Shown here in pieces: positions 9,001-17,905 of a stretch of DNA of 64,000 nucleotides. Below the pieces are notes generated by a model. It had not been told where the DNA came from. It made no database searches and worked only from the letters and a program-made list of their open reading frames with translations. Source of the stretch: Syntrophorhabdales bacterium (lineage in GTDB: Bacteria > Desulfobacterota > Syntrophorhabdia > Syntrophorhabdales > WCHB1-27); contig JBEKHB010000012.1 of the NCBI GenBank assembly GCA_050012495.1, forward strand, positions 5,874 through 69,873. Direction: 5' to 3'. The position numbers were made by a program, and so were the translations under genes. Numbering within the stretch: the stretch's first letter is position 1; each line of letters begins with the position of its first letter.

Positions 9001-9730
9001 CCCTTCAGCGCCCGTGCTGACGCCGGCAGATCTCGTGCTCGCTTTTACCGGTGCGGCGCCGGAGGCGCTCCTCCTGCCGCGGAGGGCGGTCATCGTCTTC
9101 ACCCCGGCCGACCTCGACCGGCTCGCAAGAGAGACCGGGGCGGAGCCCGTGCCCGTTTGGCGCCCATTCAAGCGCCTTTACAGGCCCCGAGGAAAAGAGA
9201 CGGTCCTGGCGCGGTCCTGGGTCGGCGGGCCGGCCGTCGCCGCCCTTGTCGAAGAGCTCGCCGCTTTCCGTGTGCGAGAATTCTGCTTGTGGGGCTACTG
9301 CGGAGGGATCAGCGCAGATGTCCGCGTCGGAGACGTCATCCTGGCGACCGCGGCGTTCAGGGAAGAAGGTGTCTCTTCTCACTACCTTGAAGACGAAGAC
9401 GAGCTTGTAGGGTCGGAATGGGCGGCCCAATGGGAGCTGCCGTCGAAGAAAGCCCGAATTCTCGCCGGTCCCGTCTGGACGTGCGACGCCCTTTACAGGG
9501 AAACGGCGGAGAAGGTTGCGAGGTACGCCGAAAGGGGGGTGCTCGGAGTTGAGATGGAGGTGGCCTCTTTCTATGCCGTCTGCAAGCAGAAGGGCCTTAA
9601 AGCCATGGCGTTCCTCGTCGTATCCGACGTTGTCCGGCCCGACGGGTGGGAAAGCGGCTTCAAGAGCACGCAACTGCAAAAAGGGGCCGCGAGGTTGTCG
9701 GCCTACATCAGAAAATACGTGCTCGTCTGA
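8984..9730 (+). CDS. Nucleoside phosphorylase superfamily (PNP_UDP_1-like) protein
   Basis: WGYCGGIS, VGDVILATAA and GVLGVEMEVASFYAV are typical of purine/uridine phosphorylase-fold proteins. It overlaps the HIT gene by 17 nt. Confidence 0.75.
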   Translation: MRSFFDPSAPVLTPADLVLAFTGAAPEALLLPRRAVIVFTPADLDRLARETGAEPVPVWRPFKRLYRPRGKETVLARSWVGGPAVAALVEELAAFRVREFCLWGYCGGISADVRVGDVILATAAFREEGVSSHYLEDEDELVGSEWAAQWELPSKKARILAGPVWTCDALYRETAEKVARYAERGVLGVEMEVASFYAVCKQKGLKAMAFLVVSDVVRPDGWESGFKSTQLQKGAARLSAYIRKYVLV

Positions 9731-9748
9731 ACAACCCCTATCAATTGA

Positions 9749-10204
9749 AAAGGGCGTCTCCCCGAAACGGAGCGGACGGTCATCGATAATGCCCTGAAGG
9801 AACCAAAGAAGATCCTCTACCGCTTCCACGACAAGGTGTGCCCGAACTGCAAGAAGCGGTTCAATGCGAAGGCCCCGGTTCTTCCCAGAAGTCTCTACGG
9901 GAACAATCTCACCGCGCAGGTCGCCGTCATGCACTACTTCCACGGCATCCCCACGGGGAGGATCTGCGAGATGACGGGCATCAACGTAGGGAGCCTCGTC
10001 GACATCTTTCGCCGCTTGGGGAGGTACTTCCTGCCTGCCATGGAAGCCCTGAAGAATGCCTACCGGGCGGTGCTCCACACCATAAACAAAAGAAGGGCAG
10101 AACAATCCCTGGAATCGGTCTTCAAAGGAATCCTCGACAAGATTGCCGAGAACCCTGCCGTTGATGTTACCTCCCTGATACTGCCTGCTCCCGAGCAAGC
10201 GTGA
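9749..10204 (+). mobile_element. IS66-family transposase remnant: only the N-terminal zinc-finger/linker part, with the DDE domain missing
   Basis: The open frame reads LPETERTVIDNALKEPKKILYRFHDKVCPNCKKRFNAKAPVLPRSLYGNNLTAQVAVMHYFHGIPTGRICEMTGINVGSL, which resembles the IS66 TnpC region before the catalytic core. It is about 150 aa, versus roughly 500 aa expected. No inverted repeats were identified. Confidence 0.5.
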
Positions 10205-10242
10205 AGGGAAACTGAGGGGTTACTCCAGTGACAAAATTTCTC

Positions 10243-10271
10243 TTGACAACAAGTCAGGCATTTGTTAAATA
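10243..10271 (+). promoter_or_regulatory. Sigma-70-type promoter candidate (TTGACA-N17-TAAATA)
   Basis: TTGACA 10243-10248, a 17-nt spacer, TAAATA 10266-10271, then TTAAGCGCTCGTTAA. It lies upstream of the acyl-CoA operon and the SDR remnant. Confidence 0.5.
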
Positions 10272-10412
10272 TACTTATTAAGCGCTCGTTAAACAGAATC
10301 CTACTGTCGGCCGAAGTTAAGGGCGCGGAGATGGGTGAGGTTCAGGTGAACTTTTTAGCCATTGAGGAAGAGGCCGGAAAACAAGTGCAAGCGGCAAAAG
10401 TGGTGACCCCCT

Positions 10413-10562
10413 ATGAAAAGGATAGATAGGCCTGAAGGCGTGGCCTGTGGAGCCTTATACTTCGCGTCCGATGACTTGAGCTTCGTTATGGGGCAGACCC
10501 GAGTGTCAGCGGAGGGCTTGTCACCGCGTAGAGGAACCGTATGCGCTTTCTCGAAGGCGTAA
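10413..10562 (+). pseudogene. C-terminal remnant of a short-chain dehydrogenase/reductase (SDR)
   Basis: The frame translates to PMKRIDRPEGVACGALYFASDDLSFVMGQTRVSAEGL, the typical SDR C-terminal pattern (P.gR.g.PeevA..v.fLaSd.ssfvtGq). An in-frame TGA lies immediately upstream and the rest of the gene is absent. It overlaps the start of the next gene. Confidence 0.45.
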
Positions 10563-11695
10563 AGATTGTCGATTTTTCCCAGAGATTGCCGGGACCATAC
10601 TGTTCGAGTATTCTTGCCGATCTCGGCGCCGACGTAATCATGGTGGAGAGGTCGGGAAGCCTGCCGCCGACCCGGTCGGTTTTCCCCGGCCTTTTTGAGC
10701 TTATTAACAGAAACAAGAAGAGCATTAGTCTTAACCTGAAGAATGATGAAGGAAGGAAGATTGCCCGGCAGTTGATCAAGGAAAGTGATGTGCTTGTAGA
10801 AGAATTCCAGCCGGGAGTGGCTACCAGGTTGGGTATCGGTTATGACCAGGTTAAGGAGATAAATCCTGCCATAATTTACTGCTCGATATCGGGGTTTGGC
10901 CAAGATGGACCTTACAGGGACCGCGTAGGGCATGACGTCAACTATCTGAGCCTTTCCGGCATCCTGTCCATCCCCGGTCAGTTTGATACGCCGCCTTCAC
11001 GGCCGGGCGTGCCGATGGTTGACCTCACGTCAGGGATGTACGCCGCCATTGCCGTCCTCGCCGCGTTGATGATGAAGGAGCGGGAGGGAGCCGGCACATA
11101 CCTCGATGTCTCTATGTTCGATACCATGATCACGTGGATGAGCGTGCGTGCGGGAAACTTCCTGGTCTATGGAAAAACACCGCAAAATGAGCACCTCTCC
11201 CCCCTCAACACTGTTTTTGAAACAAAAGACGGGAAGAACATTTCCTTGGGGCTCGTGGAGGAGCATTTCTGGAGAAAGTTTTTGGTGGCCGCCGACGAAC
11301 AGAAACTTCTCAAGGACGAACGCTTTGCGTCCGCCGCCGGAAGAAAGGAGCACGGCAGCGAGCTTTTCGAAATCCTTAAAAAAATTGTAGCAAAGCGAAC
11401 CTCACAGGAGTGGGAAGGGATACTCGATTGGCGAAAGGTCCCTTATGCGAAGGTTTATTCCATTGACGAAACAATCAATGACCCCCACCTTCAGGCGCGC
11501 AATATTTTTTCAGAAATTGACGTGGAGGGCCTGGGAAGGATAAGGGAAGTTTTGTTCCCTGTACAGTTCTCCGGCTCACGGCTGGAGATCCGGTTGCCGC
11601 CGCCAAAATGGGGTGAACATGTCGACGAAATCCTAAAACGGTTGGGCTATTCGAAAAAGAAAATTGCGAAACTCAGGGAGGAGGGCGCTATCTAG
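10541..11695 (+). CDS. Family III CoA-transferase (CaiB/BaiF/Frc type)
   Basis: VKIVDFSQRLPGPYCSSILADLGADVIMVE is the N-terminal signature, and the length is 384 aa. Confidence 0.9.
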   Translation: MRFLEGVKIVDFSQRLPGPYCSSILADLGADVIMVERSGSLPPTRSVFPGLFELINRNKKSISLNLKNDEGRKIARQLIKESDVLVEEFQPGVATRLGIGYDQVKEINPAIIYCSISGFGQDGPYRDRVGHDVNYLSLSGILSIPGQFDTPPSRPGVPMVDLTSGMYAAIAVLAALMMKEREGAGTYLDVSMFDTMITWMSVRAGNFLVYGKTPQNEHLSPLNTVFETKDGKNISLGLVEEHFWRKFLVAADEQKLLKDERFASAAGRKEHGSELFEILKKIVAKRTSQEWEGILDWRKVPYAKVYSIDETINDPHLQARNIFSEIDVEGLGRIREVLFPVQFSGSRLEIRLPPPKWGEHVDEILKRLGYSKKKIAKLREEGAI

Positions 11696-11749
11696 AGAGC
11701 GGTTTTCTATTCAGCATAAGATAATAAGGTTGATCGGAGGGGAGATAAG

Positions 11750-12640
11750 ATGAAGCTCGAGGATATCAACAAAACAGCAGTCATAGGCTCTGGGGCGATG
11801 GGGAATCAAATCGCGGAGCTATTTTCCCGCCTCATGGGATACGAAGTCAATATCATCGACGTCAGCGACGAGCTCGTTCGAAATGGCATCAAAGCGATAG
11901 ACTATAGAATGGAGAAATTTTTTGTTGCAAAAGGCAAGATGACCCCGGAGCAGAAGTCGACGATAATGAGGAGGATCAAGGGATATAGCACGCTGAAAGA
12001 GGCCGTGAACGGAGTCGATTTTGTAATCGAGGCTATCCCTGAGGTGATGGGGCCCAAGAAAGAGATGTTCAACAAACTCGATCAGCTTTTGCCGGATGCG
12101 CTCCTGACGTCCAACACCTCTACCTTGAACATAACGGAAATGGTGAGCGGCACAAAACGGCCGGACCGGACCGTTGGCATGCACTTCTTCAACCCCGTAG
12201 CTATGATGAAGCTGGTCGAGGTGGTGAAGGGGGCGCACACATCGAATGAAACGGTTGAGGTCGTGGTGGCCTTGGCCCGCAAGCTAGGCAAGGAGCCGGT
12301 CGTTTGTCGTGATACAAGCAACGGGTTCCTCGCAAATCGAGCTTACGAGGCGTTGAGAACAGAAGCGGTTCGGATGGTCTGGGAGAAAGTGGCTTCCCCG
12401 GAGGACGTGGATAAGGCCTTGAAATTCGGCTACAACCTGCCGGCAGGCCCGCTGGAACTTGGCGATCAGCTCGGCAGTTGGGGCAGAAGGTACGAGATGG
12501 AGCCCGACAGGATCAAAGAGCTGGGAGAGGCCGGCCGGTTGCACCCGTTGATAAAAACGATGGTGCGGGCCGGATATCCGGGTGGGTCCGGGAAGAAAGG
12601 GATTTATGATTTCTGGAAGGAGGTTATGTTCAAGTGGTAA
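11750..12640 (+). CDS. 3-hydroxyacyl-CoA dehydrogenase (Hbd-like)
   Basis: Rossmann VIGSGAMGNQIA, then SNTSTL and HFFNPV motifs. Length 296 aa. Confidence 0.9.
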   Translation: MKLEDINKTAVIGSGAMGNQIAELFSRLMGYEVNIIDVSDELVRNGIKAIDYRMEKFFVAKGKMTPEQKSTIMRRIKGYSTLKEAVNGVDFVIEAIPEVMGPKKEMFNKLDQLLPDALLTSNTSTLNITEMVSGTKRPDRTVGMHFFNPVAMMKLVEVVKGAHTSNETVEVVVALARKLGKEPVVCRDTSNGFLANRAYEALRTEAVRMVWEKVASPEDVDKALKFGYNLPAGPLELGDQLGSWGRRYEMEPDRIKELGEAGRLHPLIKTMVRAGYPGGSGKKGIYDFWKEVMFKW

Positions 12641-13437
12641 CAGAGAGCGGCGAGTTTACGGGACTTATTTACGAGAAGAAGGAGCACGTGGCCTGGATCA
12701 CGCTGAATCGCCCTGAGTCGAAGAATGCTCAAGGTCCTTTTGAAAGACAAGAACTGGTGCGGGCCCTGGAACAGGGGCGTGATGACGACGATGTCTATGT
12801 CATGGTGATAACGGGGGCGGGAAAGGCTTTCAGCGCCGGCGGGGACATTGCCAATTTCCCTCGAAACCCCGTTGAGTTTATGGAAAAAATTGGCATGCAG
12901 GTGAAGGGCAAGAGACGACCGATCGAAATGACCAGAGAAATCCCCAAGCCGATCATTGCTATGGTCAACGGGCCCGCCCTGGGTGGCGGCTGCGAGTTGG
13001 CGATGGCATGTGACATTATTATCGCTTCTGAAAATGCCAGGTTTGGACAGCCGGAGATCCTCCTATCTCTGATCCCCGGCGGCGGCGGCACACAGATGCT
13101 GCCCCGTCTGGTGGGTGAAAAGAAGGCGAAGGAACTGGTCTTCACCGGTGAAACGATCAACGCTGAGGAGGCATTGAGAATTGGCCTCGTCAACAAGGTG
13201 GTTCCAAAGGAAACGCTTCGGGAGGCGGTCGGGGAGTTCGCGGCCAACCTTTGCCGGAGAAGTCCGATCATACTGAAGCTGGCCAAGCTGGCCGTCAACA
13301 AGGCATTGGAAACGCCTTTGTCAGTCGGCCTCGCGTACGAGGTTGACCTCTGCGCGCTCTGTTTCGGGACGGAAGATCTGTACGAAGGAGCGAAGGCTTT
13401 CAAGGAGAAGAGAACCCCCAACTATAAAGGTAAATAG
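12634..13437 (+). CDS. Enoyl-CoA hydratase/isomerase (crotonase fold)
   Basis: VITGAGKAFSAGGDI and VNGPALGGGCELAMACD oxyanion-hole motifs. The GTG start overlaps the upstream stop. Confidence 0.9.
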   Translation: MVTESGEFTGLIYEKKEHVAWITLNRPESKNAQGPFERQELVRALEQGRDDDDVYVMVITGAGKAFSAGGDIANFPRNPVEFMEKIGMQVKGKRRPIEMTREIPKPIIAMVNGPALGGGCELAMACDIIIASENARFGQPEILLSLIPGGGGTQMLPRLVGEKKAKELVFTGETINAEEALRIGLVNKVVPKETLREAVGEFAANLCRRSPIILKLAKLAVNKALETPLSVGLAYEVDLCALCFGTEDLYEGAKAFKEKRTPNYKGK

Positions 13438-13448
13438 GGAGGAGTGGG

Positions 13449-14873
13449 ATGAATGCGGGAATTGTAGCCTATGGGGCCTATGTTCCAATATATCGGCTGA
13501 GCCGGGTGGAAATCGCCAAGGTTTGGGGAACCAGGATGGCGAAGGGCGAAAAGGCGGTGGCGAATTGCGACGAGGACTGTATTACGATGGCCGTGGAAGC
13601 GGGGATGGACGCGCTGAAGGGCGTCGATCCTTCTACGGTCGATGCCCTCTACTTCGCCTCGACGACTGCGCCCTATCGCGAAAAAAAATCGGCCGGCGTA
13701 ATCGCTGCTGCCCTCGATCTAAGGCGGAACATCGTGACGGCTGACTTCGGTAATTCACTCGGCGCGGGCGCGAATGCGGTCAACGCCGCGCTGGACGCCG
13801 TGAATGCCGGGTCAGCCAGGAAGGCCTTGGTGGTGGCTGCCGACTGCAGAATACCGGCACCAAGCTCGGCGTTTGAGCTGGCACTGGGGGACGGTGCCGC
13901 AGCCCTGCTGATCGGTGCGGAAGAAGTGGCCGCGACGATCGTAGGCGGGTATAACCTGTCGAGCGATTTCATCGACATCTGGCGAAAGGAGAGGGGTGAC
14001 ACGTACCTCCACTCGTGGGAGGATCGCTACACCATTGAAAAAGGGTACACCCCACACCTGGCTGAGGCCATCAAAGAGCTATTCAAAAAAACGCAGGTGA
14101 AGCCGACCGAGATTGCAAAAGCCGCCTTCTATGGGCCTGATTCGAGAAGCCACGCCGGCTTGGGACGGATGATCGGCTTAACTCCCGAGCAGGTACAGGA
14201 CGGGATGTTTGAGGTTATGGGTAACACCGGCGTCCCCTTCTTCATAATGCTCCTGGTGGCGGCCCTTGAAAAGGCGAAAGTGGATGAGCAGATCCTCGCA
14301 GCGAGTTACGGCGACGGCGCGGACGCCTGGCTTTTCAAGGTTACGGACAAAATAGAAGGCTTGAAGGGAAGACGCGGTATCGCGAAACATCTCGCCTCGA
14401 AGATGATGCTCGCGAACTACGGGACCTATCTGAAGTTCCGGAACTTGATGGAATGGGAGCGGACACCGCTGCCCCCTGCCGAATCCTCTGCGAATGTCTT
14501 TTACCGCGAAGGAAAGGCTCTTACACGCGGATACGGCGGAAAGTGCAGGGCGTGCGGCCATGTCCAGTTTCCGCCGCAGCGCCTTTGCATGTGGTGCCAG
14601 TCGAAAGACCAGTTCGATGACGTGAAGATCATTGACAAGATCGGGAAGGTATTTACGTACAGCCTGGATGAACGGGCAGTCTTTGCCCTTGACCTGCCCA
14701 ACGTCATAGTTATCGCCGACCTCGAAGGCGGTGGACGGATCTATGGACAACTGACCGATAGGGACCCAAAAGCTGTCAGCGTTGGGATGGATGTAGAAAT
14801 GACTTTCAGAAAATACCACGAGGGTTCGGGCTTTCATAATTATTCTTGGAAGGTTCGCCCGGTGAGATGCTAG
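13449..14873 (+). CDS. Fusion of an HMG-CoA-synthase-like (thiolase-fold) domain with a C-terminal DUF35 zinc-ribbon/OB-fold domain
   Basis: The N-terminus GIVAYGAYVPIYRLSRVEIAKVWG...EKAVANCDEDCITMAVEA resembles archaeal HMGCS. The C-terminus CRACGHVQFPPQRLCMWCQS plus an OB-fold tail resembles DUF35. The position expected for the catalytic Cys reads ADFGNSLGAG (alignment by eye). Confidence 0.8.
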   Translation: MNAGIVAYGAYVPIYRLSRVEIAKVWGTRMAKGEKAVANCDEDCITMAVEAGMDALKGVDPSTVDALYFASTTAPYREKKSAGVIAAALDLRRNIVTADFGNSLGAGANAVNAALDAVNAGSARKALVVAADCRIPAPSSAFELALGDGAAALLIGAEEVAATIVGGYNLSSDFIDIWRKERGDTYLHSWEDRYTIEKGYTPHLAEAIKELFKKTQVKPTEIAKAAFYGPDSRSHAGLGRMIGLTPEQVQDGMFEVMGNTGVPFFIMLLVAALEKAKVDEQILAASYGDGADAWLFKVTDKIEGLKGRRGIAKHLASKMMLANYGTYLKFRNLMEWERTPLPPAESSANVFYREGKALTRGYGGKCRACGHVQFPPQRLCMWCQSKDQFDDVKIIDKIGKVFTYSLDERAVFALDLPNVIVIADLEGGGRIYGQLTDRDPKAVSVGMDVEMTFRKYHEGSGFHNYSWKVRPVRC

Positions 14874-14882
14874 GGAGGAAAT

Positions 14883-16172
14883 ATGGCGGAGAGCTTAAAA
14901 GACAAAGTGGCCATCATTGGGATGGGTTGTACTGAATTCGGTGAGCTCTGGGATAAAGACGTTGATGACCTGATCGTTGATGCGGTATCGGAAGCTCTGC
15001 AAGACGCACAGGTTGAGCTTAAGGATATTGAGGCCGTGTGGGCTGGAACGGCGCAGAGCGGGGTTAATGGCTGCTCCGTCTCCGCTCCGCTTCAGTTGCA
15101 GTATGTGCCTGTAACAAGGGTCGAAAATGCCTGTGGCACCGGGATCGAGATTGTCCGAAATGCGGCCCACGGGCTGGCTGCTAAGGTCTATGACCTGGTG
15201 CTCGCGGTCGGCTTCGAAAAGCTGAAGGACCTTGGCTATCCTGGTCTTCATCCGGCTAAGTTGTCCGACAAGTTCCACCCGATCTATCCGGCCGGAGGGA
15301 CGGGACCCGGCCGTTATGCGCTCGCAGCTACCAGGTATTTCCGCCGTTACGGGCTTTCGGCAGAGGAGGGAAAGAGGACCATTGGCAAGATATCCGTCAA
15401 AAGCCACTATGCGGGCGCACGAAATCCCAAGGCCCACCTGAAGCGGGAGCTTACCCTAGATGATGTGCTGAAAGCCCCGATGATCGCCTGGCCGCTTGGC
15501 CTGCAGGACTGCTGCGGGGTAACGGATGGCGCCTCCGCTGTCATCCTCTGCCGGACGGAGGACGTGAAAAAGTATGCCCCCCACCATGTGGACGACTATG
15601 TCACGATCAAGGGTATAGGGGTCGCAGCCGGGCCCGGTTGGGGAAAAAACAAGGAAGACTACGACTTCACACACTGGGCGGAGACGGAGTATGCGTCGAA
15701 GCAGGCATACAGGATGGCAGGGATCACGAATCCTCGCAAGGAGCTTGACGTTGCGGAGATTCATGATTGCTTCTCCATCGCCGAATTGATCGCAATGGAG
15801 AGTTTGGGCTTTTGCCCAAAAGGACGCGCAAAACAGGAGATCATCGACAACGGCTCTTTCATCGCTCCGCAGTTTAGAGAGGCCGTGATGCGGAAGTGGG
15901 GTGCATCCGAAGAAGAGATCAGGAACATGCCTGCCCCGGAAGATATTCTCGTCGTCAACCACAGCGGCGGCCTCAAATCGTTCGGGCACCCGGTCGGCGG
16001 GAGCGGCGGCCGGGAAGTTTACGAGATATACAAGCAGATTCAGGGCAGGGCCCAAGAGCCGTCACGGCAACTCAAGAACGTCCGCTTAGGCTTGACCCAC
16101 AATCAGGGAGGACACCCCGGAAGATTTGCGTGTGCCATGGCTATCGTCGGCGTTCCACCGGAGAGACTGTGA
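14883..16172 (+). CDS. SCP-x/nonspecific-lipid-transfer-type thiolase
   Basis: VENACGTG (nucleophilic Cys), EIHDCFS and GHPVGGSGG. It sits immediately downstream of the DUF35 fusion. Confidence 0.9.
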   Translation: MAESLKDKVAIIGMGCTEFGELWDKDVDDLIVDAVSEALQDAQVELKDIEAVWAGTAQSGVNGCSVSAPLQLQYVPVTRVENACGTGIEIVRNAAHGLAAKVYDLVLAVGFEKLKDLGYPGLHPAKLSDKFHPIYPAGGTGPGRYALAATRYFRRYGLSAEEGKRTIGKISVKSHYAGARNPKAHLKRELTLDDVLKAPMIAWPLGLQDCCGVTDGASAVILCRTEDVKKYAPHHVDDYVTIKGIGVAAGPGWGKNKEDYDFTHWAETEYASKQAYRMAGITNPRKELDVAEIHDCFSIAELIAMESLGFCPKGRAKQEIIDNGSFIAPQFREAVMRKWGASEEEIRNMPAPEDILVVNHSGGLKSFGHPVGGSGGREVYEIYKQIQGRAQEPSRQLKNVRLGLTHNQGGHPGRFACAMAIVGVPPERL

Positions 16173-16173
16173 G

Positions 16174-16965
16174 ATGATCATGGGGGCGTACAAAAATATC
16201 CTCCTCGAAAAGAAAGAAGACCTGGCGGTTCTGGTGTTGAATAACCCGGGAAGCCGAAACCCTTTGACGGAGAAAACAAAGGAGGAGATGATCGAGGCGT
16301 TGGCAGAAGTCGACCAAGCCGACGAGATGAGAGCCCTGATCATTACCGGACGGGGAACCGCCTTTTGTGCAGGTGGGGATGTCAAAAAGATAGGTCAAGT
16401 GCTCACCCCACAGGAAACCGATAAGATGATGAGAAAGTCGCAACAGCTTCTCTGGAAGCTGCTCGACCTCGAGAAACCCGTCGTGGCCGCAGTGAACGGG
16501 GATGCCTTCGGGATGGGCTGCAATCTGGTACTGGCGGCAGATTTCTCGATCGCCTCTGAGAAAGCTCGATTCTCCCAGGCCTTTGTGAAACTTGGTCTTG
16601 TTCCGGATTTTGGCGCGCTTTACTTCCTGCCGCGTCTGGTTGGCTTATGGAAGACAAAGGAACTCGTTTACCTGGGCGGCGCAGTTGGCGCCCAGGAGGC
16701 GAGAGAGATGGGGCTTATCTACAGAGTTGTCGCGGACGCTGACCTGGACGATGAGGCTATGGCTCTGGCTGGCCGGCTGGCGCAGATGCCCACCAAGGCC
16801 GTCGGGCGGGCCAAGACGTTGCTTGGTCGGACCTATGGGATGACGCTGGCGGAGCTATTGGAGGAAGAAATAAAGGCTCAGACATTCTTATCCCACACGG
16901 AGGACCATCGCGAGGGGCTACGAGCCTTTTTAGAAAAGAGGCAACCAAAGTTCCAGGGAAAATAG
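16174..16965 (+). CDS. Enoyl-CoA hydratase/isomerase (second crotonase)
   Basis: ITGRGTAFCAGGDV and VNGDAFGMGCNLVLAADF. ATG 16174 lies 1 nt after the thiolase stop. The track start at 16126 is inside the thiolase gene. Confidence 0.9.
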   Translation: MIMGAYKNILLEKKEDLAVLVLNNPGSRNPLTEKTKEEMIEALAEVDQADEMRALIITGRGTAFCAGGDVKKIGQVLTPQETDKMMRKSQQLLWKLLDLEKPVVAAVNGDAFGMGCNLVLAADFSIASEKARFSQAFVKLGLVPDFGALYFLPRLVGLWKTKELVYLGGAVGAQEAREMGLIYRVVADADLDDEAMALAGRLAQMPTKAVGRAKTLLGRTYGMTLAELLEEEIKAQTFLSHTEDHREGLRAFLEKRQPKFQGK

Positions 16966-16987
16966 GTGAGAGAATGGAGGGGCCACA

Positions 16988-17836
16988 ATGAGTAAGGAAA
17001 TCATGGCCATCGACGTATTGAATTATCCGTACACCCCCGAAAGTACAAAGAAGTTCTGGTCAAGTCCTGAGATGCAGGAGATGGCTCACAGGGTACTTGG
17101 CGGCCATACGCCTAAGGGTGTCCCGGCGGAACAGTTTATTGCAGACATGGATGCTGCAGGGTTCGAGAAAGTCTTCGTCGCCGCCTTGAAGATGGGGTCG
17201 TACAAAGGCAAATGGCTGGCTAACGATTTCACGAATGAAGAAGTCCACGATATGATCAAGAAGTATCCCGATAGACTGATAGGAATGGCGGGCTACGACC
17301 CGATGAACGTCATGGAAAGTGTGCGCGGTATAAAAAAGGCCGTCAAAGAATACGGGTTCAAGGGGGTTTATGCCCATACCCTCGGCTGGGACATCGCGGC
17401 GGATGACCGTAGAATGTATCCTTGCTACACCACATGTGTAGAATTGGGCATTCCTTTTTCCATGCAGATAGGCCATTCCTTGGAGTTGATGCCGAGCGAG
17501 GGAGGTAGGCCGATCCATATCGATAAAGTAGCCCTCGATTTCCCCGAGCTGGTCTTTATCGCGTCCCACACAGGCTGGCCGTGGGTCGAGGAATGCATCG
17601 CGATGGCTTCGAAACACTCCAACGTCTATATCGATATCGCCGCGCATCTGCCGAGATATCTGGAGCCTCCGCTGGTCCAGTTCATGGACACGCGAGGTCA
17701 AGACAAGGTCCTGTTCGGCACTAATTCCTTCGGGCTTAAACGGTGTAAACAGCAGTTACTCGAGATGGCGCTAAAAGAGGAGACAAAGCGAAAAGTGCTG
17801 AGGGATAACGCGGTGAGAATTTTCAGGTTGGCCTGA
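16988..17836 (+). CDS. Amidohydrolase_2 (ACMSD/TIM-barrel hydrolase) family protein
   Basis: GFKGVYAHT, IHIDKVALDFPELVFIASHTGWPW and VLFGTNS are typical of amidohydrolase 2. The N-terminal strand reads AIDVLNY instead of the usual D-x-H-x-H. Confidence 0.8.
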   Translation: MSKEIMAIDVLNYPYTPESTKKFWSSPEMQEMAHRVLGGHTPKGVPAEQFIADMDAAGFEKVFVAALKMGSYKGKWLANDFTNEEVHDMIKKYPDRLIGMAGYDPMNVMESVRGIKKAVKEYGFKGVYAHTLGWDIAADDRRMYPCYTTCVELGIPFSMQIGHSLELMPSEGGRPIHIDKVALDFPELVFIASHTGWPWVEECIAMASKHSNVYIDIAAHLPRYLEPPLVQFMDTRGQDKVLFGTNSFGLKRCKQQLLEMALKEETKRKVLRDNAVRIFRLA

Positions 17837-17905
17837 GCTCGGGAGAGGAACGCAGAAACAATGAAATGAGGACTGACCGGAGAAAATCTAGGATAGAGGC
17901 GTAAC

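Noticed and set aside
9005-10198. A 397-aa minus-strand ORF antisense to the nucleoside-phosphorylase-like gene and the IS66 stub
   Set aside because: It is a featureless Arg/Gly/Pro-rich translation. The opposite strand carries recognisable motifs.
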